In this document: one piece after another, positions 11,709 through 20,289 of the stretch | Layout of the letters: each line of letters begins with the position of its first letter | Position numbering within the stretch: the first letter of the stretch is position 1 | Sequence record: OM339718.1 | DNA length: 64,000 nt | Reading direction: 5' to 3' (one strand) | Position numbers and translations under genes: made by a program | Notes under the pieces: model-generated | Databases searched by the model: none | What the model was told of the DNA's origin: nothing | What the model saw: only the letters and a program-made list of their open reading frames with translations

Positions 11709-12057
11709 ATTTTGATTGCTCAAGAACAGTTTCGATGAAAATATAATATTTCATCTTTTCTATTTCATGTAGTTCATCGTAAGATGTCAAACATGGGTGG
11801 GTTTTCTCGTCTCTAGATTTATCTTCACCAAATATCCAACCTTCTCCCTCTTTATAATTTCTCCAAAGCTCATGAACAGTTCGAGCGTCAGAATCAGGGT
11901 GATCGATTATATATGTTACATGTTTAGTCCAAACCCGTTTAACCTTTTCTGGTTCTTCTTTCCACAATGTATCGGTGTCGCCTAGTATTAAATTAAACCG
12001 TCGAATCGCATCATGCGCAGTTCTGGCGATCTTACGTGGTGAGCTTTTCATTTTCAA
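11707..12057 (-). CDS. RyR (ryanodine-receptor repeat) domain protein
   Basis: HELWRNYKEGEGWIFGEDKSRDEKTHPCLTSYDELHEIEK matches the RyR pattern H..W...K...GW.YG...D...K.HPCL..Y.EL...EK. Confidence 0.8.
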   Translation of the reverse strand: MKMKSSPRKIARTAHDAIRRFNLILGDTDTLWKEEPEKVKRVWTKHVTYIIDHPDSDARTVHELWRNYKEGEGWIFGEDKSRDEKTHPCLTSYDELHEIEKMKYYIFIETVLEQSK

Positions 12058-12088
12058 CCTCGTTTATTGTTATTATCCACAACAATAT

Positions 12089-12649
12089 TTAGAGATTGAA
12101 AATGTCAACCTTTTCTAATACTGGTATATCATCAATACCTAACCACTTACAAAGTTTTGATCTTTGAACCGGGTTCATAATGTTTAGGGTAGGTATATTT
12201 AGGCTTCTTGCTATTTTAACCGCAGTAGCAGTTCCACCAGATACAGTACCATGTATCGATTCTTCTGCACAAAATACAACTAAGTCAGAATAAGACTTGA
12301 GATTTAATCCCATAACTTGAGGAACGTTCCTAGCGTGTAATTCTTGGTGACCAATTGGCATAAATTCCCATCCAATACCAGACCCATGAACACGGGAAGC
12401 AAGCAATTCAAATTCATAATAGTTTTCATGATTTTTGACATTAACACAACCGGGTCTATCATCAGGACGATATACAACGGTTAATGCTGGGTCATATTCG
12501 GTTAGGAAAAGCGTATCAGAACCAATGGCACCACCAGACCTAGCACCATATCCACGATCAGAAAAAGCTTTTCCAATTCTTATCATCAACTGTTTATACT
12601 CTTCATTAGGATATCTGGTTCCTATAAGAGTTACAATTTTCCTTTTCAT
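12089..12649 (-). CDS. SLOG/DprA-like Rossmann-fold protein
   Basis: IVTLIGTR, RSGGAIGSD, LHARNVPQVMG, SGGTATAVKIA motifs of phage DprA/SMF-like SLOG proteins. Confidence 0.75.
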   Translation of the reverse strand: MKRKIVTLIGTRYPNEEYKQLMIRIGKAFSDRGYGARSGGAIGSDTLFLTEYDPALTVVYRPDDRPGCVNVKNHENYYEFELLASRVHGSGIGWEFMPIGHQELHARNVPQVMGLNLKSYSDLVVFCAEESIHGTVSGGTATAVKIARSLNIPTLNIMNPVQRSKLCKWLGIDDIPVLEKVDIFNL

Positions 12650-12692
12650 GATGGTATTTTAACACACCTAAATAGCATTATAAATAAATAGT

Positions 12693-12811
12693 TCTCGAAC
12701 GTAGTGAGACGGCGTAGCCGCCTGTTCGCTTCGCTCACACTCTTTCTAATTATAGATATTCTATATAAATACTTATAGAGATTTTATACTTTGATTGCAA
12801 GTGAAACTAAT
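12693..12811 (+). repeat. Structured intergenic element, copy 1 (119 bp)
   Basis: Reverse complement matches 37278-37392 with 3 substitutions and one 4-nt indel (hand alignment). GC-rich hairpin half plus AT-rich half containing TATAAATA. Confidence 0.95.
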
Positions 12812-12904
12812 TATTTTTGTATATAAAAGATACAAAAAAGGTGATCTCTCGATCACCTCAATATAAAAGTTAAAAATATTCGTAATGTCTGATACAATAC
12901 GAAA

Positions 12905-13126
12905 TCAAAAAACGTAAAATTTATCTCCATCTAGTTTAACGAATAAATCTTCTTGTACATCATGTACAACCACAATATCTCCCCTCTCCAAATATTCCTT
13001 TATCTTCTCGATCATCAAATGGTCATCTTCTTCAAGTCTTTTCCACCTTTCAATCAAATTATAAGAACCGAAATATCCAGTAAGAACAAAAGTATTTTCA
13101 TTAACTTCGATGAAATTGTATTCCAT
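12905..13126 (-). CDS. Hypothetical protein (73 aa), probably late
   Basis: ORF with RBS; minus-strand CTAAATA at 13165-13171 upstream. Confidence 0.7.
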   Translation of the reverse strand: MEYNFIEVNENTFVLTGYFGSYNLIERWKRLEEDDHLMIEKIKEYLERGDIVVVHDVQEDLFVKLDGDKFYVF

Positions 13127-13178
13127 TTAACACCCTTATTATATTGACCAAAATGGTCAATTAGTATTTAGGGATACA

Positions 13179-13202
13179 AAAAAGCCACCCCGTAGGATGG
13201 CT
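13179..13202 (-). terminator. Terminator of inh
   Basis: AGCCATCC-TACG-GGGTGGCTTTTT on the minus strand; identical to 33414-33437. Confidence 0.85.
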
Positions 13203-13207
13203 AGATA

Positions 13208-14005
13208 TTAGTAAATGGTATGGAAACGAGAATTACGACTCTCGCGCAATGTCACACTACCATTAATCTGGATGTAATAAAGAACTGTTTTCAGAAGTGC
13301 TTTATCCGGTTCGCGTTCATGAGTATCAATAATACTCTTCCAAGACGGTCCTTTCTCAAGGATCCAATCAAGAATCCAATACGGGCAATTTAGGTATTGG
13401 TTACCAACAGCACCAATCAGATTTACTTTCGGCTTGAAACCATAAGTCAAATCCGGTTCTTGGGTATCTTTAGTAGTTTCCAAATTCATTTTTTCTTTAA
13501 CGAACTTCTTTTCATCTTCAATTAATTCGTCGAGAGTTTTAAACCCAGAAGCATCAATATATTCTGGTTGTTTCGGTGGAGTGAATTCAATTTTAACATC
13601 GTTAGGAGTATTGATATTAACCACCCCATCATCAATTTTGATTGATTCAACCACACCAAGTTCAATAACCTCTTCTACATTGTCGAATTCATCATCGACT
13701 ACAACTGGTTCGACAAAAGGGGTTTTTTCTTTCGGTTCCGGTGCAAGGTCCAGTTTTTCATTCTCTTTGGCGTCCGCCATTTCAAGGAGTTTAACGATCA
13801 TATCGTCAACCGAAGTATTAGACTTGCTAATTTTAAAACCACATTCCTTAGCATATGCTTGAATTTTCGCTTTCGCTTCTGGTGCGGTATTAGCATCAAC
13901 AATTTCGTTGATTACCCCAAGGTCAAGTTCTTTTTGTTTTTTCACAGTAGACTTTTTTGGTTTAGTTTCTTTTTCTACTGGTTCTTCTACATAATTCAAT
14001 GCCAT
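13208..14005 (-). CDS. inh: Inhibitor of prohead protease Inh
   Basis: EAKAKIQAYAKECGFKISK; C-term PYWILDWI...YYIQINGSVTLRESRNSRF; minus-strand late motif at 14032-14038. Confidence 0.92.
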   Translation of the reverse strand: MALNYVEEPVEKETKPKKSTVKKQKELDLGVINEIVDANTAPEAKAKIQAYAKECGFKISKSNTSVDDMIVKLLEMADAKENEKLDLAPEPKEKTPFVEPVVVDDEFDNVEEVIELGVVESIKIDDGVVNINTPNDVKIEFTPPKQPEYIDASGFKTLDELIEDEKKFVKEKMNLETTKDTQEPDLTYGFKPKVNLIGAVGNQYLNCPYWILDWILEKGPSWKSIIDTHEREPDKALLKTVLYYIQINGSVTLRESRNSRFHTIY

Positions 14006-14017
14006 TTCGCATTCCTC

Positions 14018-14284
14018 TTAGTTTGTTAATGTATTTAGGGATTTGAGATATTTTACTGCCATCCCAATCTCGTTATACCCAAAGATCATGCCATATTTGG
14101 TCTTTTTATAGCCATGATCTTTTCGGATCTGAGTTCCTTTGAACTTAGAATGACCTCCGTGGTCTGAAACCCTCACCATATGCCCCTGTACGTCGATATA
14201 AGAGCTTGTGGATGAAGATACCAACCTACACTCGATCCCGCTATTGAATAGCTCTATCATCAATTCACGAGCTTTTGGGTTCAT
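14018..14284 (-). CDS. Hypothetical protein (88 aa)
   Basis: ORF translationally coupled to its neighbours; S.YI...VRVSDH motif. Confidence 0.7.
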   Translation of the reverse strand: MNPKARELMIELFNSGIECRLVSSSTSSYIDVQGHMVRVSDHGGHSKFKGTQIRKDHGYKKTKYGMIFGYNEIGMAVKYLKSLNTLTN

Positions 14285-15003
14285 TAATATAATTCTCCGG
14301 AATCACACATGATTTTAACAAGACCCAAATCACCCTTCACGGAATCCACCATATATTTGATCATCATGTTTGCAGCAACAATTTTAAAGCTATGCTCATT
14401 ATTAACATAGATATCAAATTGACCATATTTCTTGGCGTCGTTGATGAAGTATTTTGTACCGTGTACTTCTCCTACCATAATCCCACAACCTTTTAACCAG
14501 CTAGGGTAACCCTTCCCAACTTCTTTTGCAGAAAAGAATCCGTCCTTACCAGTCATTCCACCAGTACGTTGTACTTCATCGACATAATATTTAATGTCTT
14601 TCACTACGTTTTTATTTTCAACAACAGACACTTTCTTGATTTTTGGTTTTTCCGCACGGGTGAATACACTTTCATCATCTTGTTCGATGATTGGTTTAAG
14701 CATGGCCTCAAGTTCTTGGATCCGTGTTTCATGGAGTTGGTCAAGTTCTTCGATTGAAGATGCTTTATTACGACGTTTGACCCAATCTCGCTGACCTTCT
14801 ATGATCGCTGGGTTAATTTTTCGAACTTCTTTATAAACAGAATTCAGTTTCTCATCTGATTCACTCAGCCGTTCGTCTGCACAAATAGTTCGTTCTATTT
14901 TACTCGATGCTTTCTCACAGTCAAAAGATGCCGCATTAACCTGTACCGCACTAATAGCACACATAGCACCTAAGATAGCAAAACTAACAAACCGCTTTTT
15001 CAT
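14284..15003 (-). CDS. Secreted LprI/DUF1311 (lysozyme-inhibitor-like) domain protein
   Basis: Signal peptide MKKRFVSFAILGAMCAISAVQVNA, then ASFDCEKASSKIERTICADERLSESDEKLNSVY...QRDWVKRRN, the classic LprI pattern. Confidence 0.8.
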   Translation of the reverse strand: MKKRFVSFAILGAMCAISAVQVNAASFDCEKASSKIERTICADERLSESDEKLNSVYKEVRKINPAIIEGQRDWVKRRNKASSIEELDQLHETRIQELEAMLKPIIEQDDESVFTRAEKPKIKKVSVVENKNVVKDIKYYVDEVQRTGGMTGKDGFFSAKEVGKGYPSWLKGCGIMVGEVHGTKYFINDAKKYGQFDIYVNNEHSFKIVAANMMIKYMVDSVKGDLGLVKIMCDSGELY

Positions 15004-15024
15004 TTTTCATTCCTCAATTTAAAG

Positions 15025-15660
15025 TTATTTGGTTTCTTTTTTTGCTGCTTCTTCCATAGCAGCAATGATTACATTCAGGGGGGTCAGGTGTCCACAAACG
15101 TAGTAGAAGGCGCGAACAAACACAGTACCTTTGTGCCCACGAACAAGGTGCACGTTAGCGGTTACCATCATCCGACCAAACATCTCATCCAAACGAAGAC
15201 ACCGGTTGAACTGTTCACCCCGAAGTTCCATGATCTCCATGATGTTTTTCTTGATAACGGCTTCTTTCTCGCTAACTTTCGGTTCTGGTTGGTTGATTGG
15301 AGCGTTTTTAACTGTTTCAATCATAGCAACAACCTGTTCACCCATAGAAACCAATTCTTCACACAGAGCTTTATCCATCCAAGGCATTGCTTTTTCTGCT
15401 TTTACCAGATATTTGGCGAAAGTCGCGGTGTTTGGTTGTGCATAATAAAGGTCTACCGCTGCTTCGTGTTCCGGAAGATTCATATTACGCTGTTCGATGT
15501 GGATGGAGTCCAGATAGAAAGAAGAGAATTCGGCCCGCACCAGTTCCATCATTTTTGCGCATTCGTTCAGGGCGCGTTTCTGACCGGCCTTAGAAACAAA
15601 ACCGGCTTCAACCATACCAACTACGTTTTCCATAATTTCATTGAATTTTTCGTTGTTCAT
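15025..15660 (-). CDS. Hypothetical early protein (211 aa)
   Basis: ORF with AAGGA RBS downstream of a sigma70-like promoter. Confidence 0.8.
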   Translation of the reverse strand: MNNEKFNEIMENVVGMVEAGFVSKAGQKRALNECAKMMELVRAEFSSFYLDSIHIEQRNMNLPEHEAAVDLYYAQPNTATFAKYLVKAEKAMPWMDKALCEELVSMGEQVVAMIETVKNAPINQPEPKVSEKEAVIKKNIMEIMELRGEQFNRCLRLDEMFGRMMVTANVHLVRGHKGTVFVRAFYYVCGHLTPLNVIIAAMEEAAKKETK

Positions 15661-15696
15661 GGTTCGTTCCTTTTTGTCTCTTGTTTCGATATGGAT

Positions 15697-15726
15697 AAGA
15701 TATCAAAAAGGCTCACCCATTGGCAA
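15697..15726 (-). promoter_or_regulatory. Early sigma70-like promoter overlapping a hairpin
   Basis: TTGCCA-N18-TATCTT with TG extension; embedded in an AAAAAGGCT...AGCCTTTTT hairpin after rnlB. Confidence 0.55.
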
Positions 15727-15744
15727 GCCTTTTTTCATTTATTT

Positions 15745-16746
15745 TTAGAAATTTCCATCAAGGATATTCATCCAGTGTTCCCGAACAAGTTCCCCTGCTA
15801 GGTTGTTCACTGCTTTACCTACATCAGAAGGACGTTCTGCATCTCGTAGATTTTTGCTGGTATCCTTCGTGAAATCTTCAATTGCGTCTTTCGAGAGGTT
15901 ACCAGAAACCTTACCAAACTCTTTGGTGGTAGGGATCCCAATCTTACTGAGGACATTTTTAAGACGATTCACGTTGATATATTCAGCAATCTCATGAACC
16001 ATAGCAAGATCTGATTCACCCAGAGGCTCTTTTACCTTTACCGGTTTGTCAGATTTCCCTTTCTCTGTAAACTTGGAGTTTTTAGATTTGAAAATAGTCC
16101 GACCTTGACGGGTATAATGTGGGTCTACTGTCTTCGCAACAAACCCCTCCGCAATGTTATCAGTTCCTTCAACAAGATCGAATTTTCCTGCTTTGTTGCT
16201 TGGGATAACAACTGATTGGAAGTCGTTCGGGAGTTTTGTTACACCATCGAAATCCCCACGGTAGATAACAGGGGCATGTTTGAAGATCCCATCGATTGCA
16301 TCCATAACGAAATCGTGGGAGAGGTACATTCCAGTTTCACCAGAGAAAATGAAGATATCAAACACATAAAAGTCTTGATCTCCATACTCTACTTCTTTTT
16401 GAATCATTTTACCAGTAGTAAGATTACCGGCATATTCCCCGAAGATTGTAACTTGATCAACTTCTGGGTGTTTTTGTTTAACAAAGTTGTATACTTTTCG
16501 GGCATTATCATGATATTTCTTTACAATCAGGTCTGCTTCATAAAACTGGTCAAAATCACCAAGAAGGTCAGTTCGACGACCAGCCTGTACATGTTCATCA
16601 TTTACAGCAAGTTGAAAATTAGTACCATGAATCTTTTCCATTGCAACCCATTCAACACCCTTTGCAGTATATCCGGAAGTTGCAAAAGAGTCGATGACGT
16701 TTTGACGATAGTGGTTCTCAAGAGAGTTATATTTTACAAAAATCAT
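15745..16746 (-). CDS. rnlB: RNA ligase 2
   Basis: KYNSLENHY, motif I EKIHGTNF, IFGEYAG, AEGFVAK, IFKSKNSKFTE. Confidence 0.95.
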   Translation of the reverse strand: MIFVKYNSLENHYRQNVIDSFATSGYTAKGVEWVAMEKIHGTNFQLAVNDEHVQAGRRTDLLGDFDQFYEADLIVKKYHDNARKVYNFVKQKHPEVDQVTIFGEYAGNLTTGKMIQKEVEYGDQDFYVFDIFIFSGETGMYLSHDFVMDAIDGIFKHAPVIYRGDFDGVTKLPNDFQSVVIPSNKAGKFDLVEGTDNIAEGFVAKTVDPHYTRQGRTIFKSKNSKFTEKGKSDKPVKVKEPLGESDLAMVHEIAEYINVNRLKNVLSKIGIPTTKEFGKVSGNLSKDAIEDFTKDTSKNLRDAERPSDVGKAVNNLAGELVREHWMNILDGNF

Positions 16747-16761
16747 ATTATTTCCTTTTAT

Positions 16762-17085
16762 TTAGTCGTAAAAACCGGGTTTTTTGCTTTCAGCAATAGA
16801 TTTGCGAATTTGTGGCTCTTTGTCATAGCAGGTTTTGCAATATTTCCCAGCAAACACATTACCAACAAGTTGGTCTTCGTCTTGTGCAGTACCACAACAA
16901 GTACATACAAAATATCGAACACCTACGTTTACCAAACCACACTGTTCGTTAAGAAACTCAAGTGGTTTGTTTCGTGGGAGTGCTTCTGCATCTCGACCAC
17001 CAACCCCTTTTCGCCAATAAGACCCTGTGCAGTACTTCGAAAAATAAATGTTTGGGTATTTTACTTGCAATTCTTCGTTACACAT
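16762..17085 (-). CDS. Hypothetical protein with putative Zn finger
   Basis: CTCC...CKTC cysteine pairs. Confidence 0.7.
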   Translation of the reverse strand: MCNEELQVKYPNIYFSKYCTGSYWRKGVGGRDAEALPRNKPLEFLNEQCGLVNVGVRYFVCTCCGTAQDEDQLVGNVFAGKYCKTCYDKEPQIRKSIAESKKPGFYD

Positions 17086-17396
17086 TTTTGTTTCCTTTCT
17101 TTATAAAGGTTGTTAATAAAGTTAACAATTACCGGGTGGGGGACACAAATTTCTTTCTCGGTATAACTTACCCTAGCTTTGTGTTTTCCACCATAAAATT
17201 TACCAAACACATTTTTGGCGATCATACCTTTTTGGTGGTGTTGGTTCCTCATTACTGAATCTTGATCTGCGTTAGATCGCATCAGTTTTGATGGGGTTTT
17301 CTCTTTCCAAGAAAATATACCAGTTCCTAAAAACTTGTCAAGACCATATGCCAGACCAAGACAAACAACACCAACAGACAAACTTTCTACCAACAT
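17061..17396 (-). CDS. Hypothetical protein with N-terminal hydrophobic segment
   Basis: ORF with GAGG RBS; hydrophobic VGVVCLGLAYGL. Confidence 0.65.
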   Translation of the reverse strand: MLVESLSVGVVCLGLAYGLDKFLGTGIFSWKEKTPSKLMRSNADQDSVMRNQHHQKGMIAKNVFGKFYGGKHKARVSYTEKEICVPHPVIVNFINNLYKERKQKCVTKNCK

Positions 17397-17408
17397 AATT
17401 AATTCCTC

Positions 17409-17891
17409 TTAAAGGTCAGCGATATCAACAGCAACACCACCAGCAGCGATGAACGGGATGCGGCTCTTGGCACGGTCATCAACCAGACAAACGTTAGGAC
17501 GAGCAAACGCGGCTTTGTCTTCACTACACAGGGTATAATGGAAGTTTTCTAACAGTACCGCAGCGACGTCAGCAGGATATACATAAGAGACCCAAGCTTT
17601 CTTCTGGCGAACTACGTTCTCTGGGTTTTGACGACCGACGCTGGTTAAGATACTTACCTTGCGACCGCTACGAACCATCTCAATAACCAGAGAAACCCCT
17701 TTTTCCATCACCGGAAGATGACGATAGAAATTACCATTTGCCAGTTCTTCTTTGATAAGATTCTTATCTTCTTTGTTCAGACTGTCAAACTGTTCTGCCG
17801 CACCCTCACCAAAACGAGCATCGAATGCACGACACCAGTCAGCCATCACCCCATCCATATCAAAAAACAACTCGTAAGGATCATTCAGCAT
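17409..17891 (-). CDS. HAD-superfamily 5'(3')-nucleotidase-like protein
   Basis: FFDMDGVMADW (motif I), ILTS (II), K (III), LVDDRAKS (IV); start re-placed at MLNDP after a GAGGA RBS. Confidence 0.85.
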   Translation of the reverse strand: MLNDPYELFFDMDGVMADWCRAFDARFGEGAAEQFDSLNKEDKNLIKEELANGNFYRHLPVMEKGVSLVIEMVRSGRKVSILTSVGRQNPENVVRQKKAWVSYVYPADVAAVLLENFHYTLCSEDKAAFARPNVCLVDDRAKSRIPFIAAGGVAVDIADL

Positions 17892-17923
17892 TGTAATTCC
17901 TCTTTTGTGTCTCAACGAGATAG

Positions 17924-17953
17924 ATAATACTACACACAAGTTTCATGAGTCAA
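17924..17953 (-). promoter_or_regulatory. Early sigma70-like promoter
   Basis: TTGACT-N18-TATTAT with an A-rich upstream tract. Confidence 0.6.
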
Positions 17954-18012
17954 CCCCTTTTTAAAAGAAAAAAGGCCATGAGCAAATTGCATCATGACCC
18001 ACGTTAGACAAC

Positions 18013-18375
18013 TTAACCGTCCTCGCGTTTTGTTTGAGTTTTCTTCTCAACTCTGGCGTTTTCCATCTCACTGATCCGCTTCTCAAGTCTCTCCAATTCA
18101 ACTCGGTTCCCCCTATTAACCTCATCGATAAGATCCTTACTATAAAGCATTGCCCGCAGTTGAGCAGTTTCTACAGAATCCTTATTTGGGAGAGATTTAA
18201 TCTCCGTTCTTAGGTTATCTATAGATTTGTCCATGTGGGAAGTGATTTGCTCTTTAAAAGCTACTTGGCGGGAATCCGCTATAAATTCATTATATGAAAA
18301 TATAGAGGCCCAGATCGCCACAATAACGGTTAGGACGGGTAGGGTGTCTTTAAACAGCTTACTATTTATAAGCAT
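18013..18375 (-). CDS. Membrane-anchored coiled-coil protein (late)
   Basis: Single N-terminal TM segment TLPVLTVIVAIWASIFSY, helical C-term; minus-strand late motif at 18421-18427. Confidence 0.75.
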   Translation of the reverse strand: MLINSKLFKDTLPVLTVIVAIWASIFSYNEFIADSRQVAFKEQITSHMDKSIDNLRTEIKSLPNKDSVETAQLRAMLYSKDLIDEVNRGNRVELERLEKRISEMENARVEKKTQTKREDG

Positions 18376-18420
18376 TTTATTTTCTCCCTACGTCACGAGG
18401 GAATGGTATTCCCTCACATT

Positions 18421-18441
18421 TATTTAGTGTTGCCCTAAATA
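18421..18441. promoter_or_regulatory. Back-to-back late promoters
   Basis: TATTTAG (minus-strand CTAAATA) at 18421-18427 and CTAAATA at 18435-18441. Confidence 0.75.
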
Positions 18442-18475
18442 ATTATATATGTGAAAAATTTAAAGAGAGAACGAG

Positions 18476-19981
18476 ATGAAAGTATCAGTTAAATTCAACG
18501 ACTATAGTAATGCAATTATCGAGTGTGAACGTGACATCTTCATGGAGTTGAGAGAGTATTATTCATTTGAGACGGAAGGTGGTGCTAGATTTAATCCTAA
18601 GTTTAAATATAGCGGTTGGGATGGTCGGATCCGTCTCCTACAACCGGATGGAAAATTCCCTTATGGTCTGGTCAATAACCTTGAGAAATATTGCGCTAGA
18701 AACGAATACGAATTTGAAAAAGAAGAAGACTTTACTCCTATTAACCATTTCACATCTAGAGAAGAGTTTGATAAATGGTTGGCTGATATTGATATATATT
18801 CTGGGGGAAATAAGATTACCGCGCACTGGTATCAGGCTGATGCGGTTTATTACGCAATTCAGAATAACCGGGGTATCTTAAACCTTCCTACGTCTGCCGG
18901 TAAATCCCTAATAGCAGCTCTTATTTGTTACTGGTATATGACTAATTATGATGGGAAAATATTGCTAATCGTTCCAACAACCTCCCTTGTTACTCAGATG
19001 ATGGACGATTTCGCAGATTATCAGTTTATGAGACGGGAATTTTCTCATGGTATTATGGCTGGTAAAACAAAAGATCACCCAGCACCAGTATTTGTTAGTA
19101 CATGGCAAAGTGCATCGAAACAACCAGTTCATTGGTTCCGCCAATTTGGGGCTCTTTTGATTGATGAATGTCACAACGTAGGTAGTGAAATTAAGAATAT
19201 CATCACAAACCTCTCTGAGTGCCCGTTTAAATGGGGTATGAGTGGTTCTTTGAAAGATGGTAAATGTAATATTATGTCGTATGTTGGTTTGTTTGGGGAT
19301 GTATTCAAGCCAGTTAGTACTAAACAACTTATGGAAGAAGGTCAAGTAACAGATCTTAAAATAAACAACCTGTTCTTGCGGTATCCTAAACAAGATTGTG
19401 TATTAACTAAAGGAATAGAATATCAACAAGAGATTAAATATATCGAGGAACATACAAAGAGAAATGCTTTTGTGTGTCGTTTGGCTTTAAAATTAGCCAA
19501 AGAGAAGAAAGAGAATACCTTGATACTGTTTAGGCATAAGGAACATGGGAAGAAGCTTTATGAGGCCCTTAGCAAAAAACATGACAATGTATTCTTTGCT
19601 AATGGCGATACTAACGTAGAGGAACGGGATCAGCTTAAGAAAATTGCAGAGGGTAGCGACGGGATGATCATCGTTGCTTCTATTGGTATATTCTCAACCG
19701 GTATTTCTATCAAAAAGCTATTCCACGTTATTTTCGCGTCTCCATTTAAATCTAAGGTTACCACGTTACAGAGTATTGGTCGGGTTCTTCGAAAGCATGG
19801 AGAAAAGACTATCGCCACTCTATGGGATATTGTAGATAACCTATGTATTGAGACCAAAAATTCGAAACCGGGCTCGGTTAAATATGCACATAAAAATTAT
19901 GCGTACAAACATGCAATGCTTCGTATCGAAAGATATGCAAGTGAACAATTTGACTATCAAATTAAGGAAATAGAACTGTGA
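18476..19981 (+). CDS. uvsW: UvsW SF2 DNA helicase
   Basis: WDGRIRLL, PTSAGKS, LIDECH, QSIGRVLRKH. Confidence 0.97.
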   Translation: MKVSVKFNDYSNAIIECERDIFMELREYYSFETEGGARFNPKFKYSGWDGRIRLLQPDGKFPYGLVNNLEKYCARNEYEFEKEEDFTPINHFTSREEFDKWLADIDIYSGGNKITAHWYQADAVYYAIQNNRGILNLPTSAGKSLIAALICYWYMTNYDGKILLIVPTTSLVTQMMDDFADYQFMRREFSHGIMAGKTKDHPAPVFVSTWQSASKQPVHWFRQFGALLIDECHNVGSEIKNIITNLSECPFKWGMSGSLKDGKCNIMSYVGLFGDVFKPVSTKQLMEEGQVTDLKINNLFLRYPKQDCVLTKGIEYQQEIKYIEEHTKRNAFVCRLALKLAKEKKENTLILFRHKEHGKKLYEALSKKHDNVFFANGDTNVEERDQLKKIAEGSDGMIIVASIGIFSTGISIKKLFHVIFASPFKSKVTTLQSIGRVLRKHGEKTIATLWDIVDNLCIETKNSKPGSVKYAHKNYAYKHAMLRIERYASEQFDYQIKEIEL

Positions 19982-20259
19982 TATACTTTGCTGATTATCT
20001 TCGCCTTCAAGAAGAGGTAGAAGAAAAAAACACCGACGGTGGTGATGACAAGCCTGCTGTAAGTATCGAAAAGTTTTTGGGTAAAATTATGTCAGCAATG
20101 ACACCCAAAGGACTTGACGAACTAGAGCGTTATTATAAAAGTCGAATAAAATCCGTTGCTATTTCGGATACTGATGATATTCAGATCCGTGATGCAATCG
20201 ATGGTCGCCGCGAAGCCTTTAAACAAGAGGAAGGCGGTGAGGAAGTAGAAGACTTTTGA
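19978..20259 (+). CDS. uvsW.1: UvsW.1 homologue
   Basis: GLDELERYYKSR...SDTDDIQIRDAIDGRR; ATGA/GTGA coupling to uvsW. Confidence 0.88.
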   Translation: MIYFADYLRLQEEVEEKNTDGGDDKPAVSIEKFLGKIMSAMTPKGLDELERYYKSRIKSVAISDTDDIQIRDAIDGRREAFKQEEGGEEVEDF

Positions 20260-20264
20260 TTTTT

Positions 20265-20289
20265 AAAGCCCGCTTTATGCGGGCTTTTT
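20265..20289. terminator. Bidirectional terminator
   Basis: AAAGCCCGC-TTTAT-GCGGGCTTTTT between convergent genes. Confidence 0.85.

Noticed and set aside
12650-12904. Possible CRISPR-like mini-array or tRNA in the long intergenic gaps (also 37233-37577)
   Set aside because: Only two dispersed copies of the element and no repeat-spacer periodicity; no cloverleaf or T-loop (GTTCRA in tRNA context) recognised.
15088-17106. Plus-strand ORFs (237 and 296 aa) opposite the 211-aa gene and rnlB
   Set aside because: Fully overlap better-supported minus-strand genes; no motifs or plus-strand expression signals seen.
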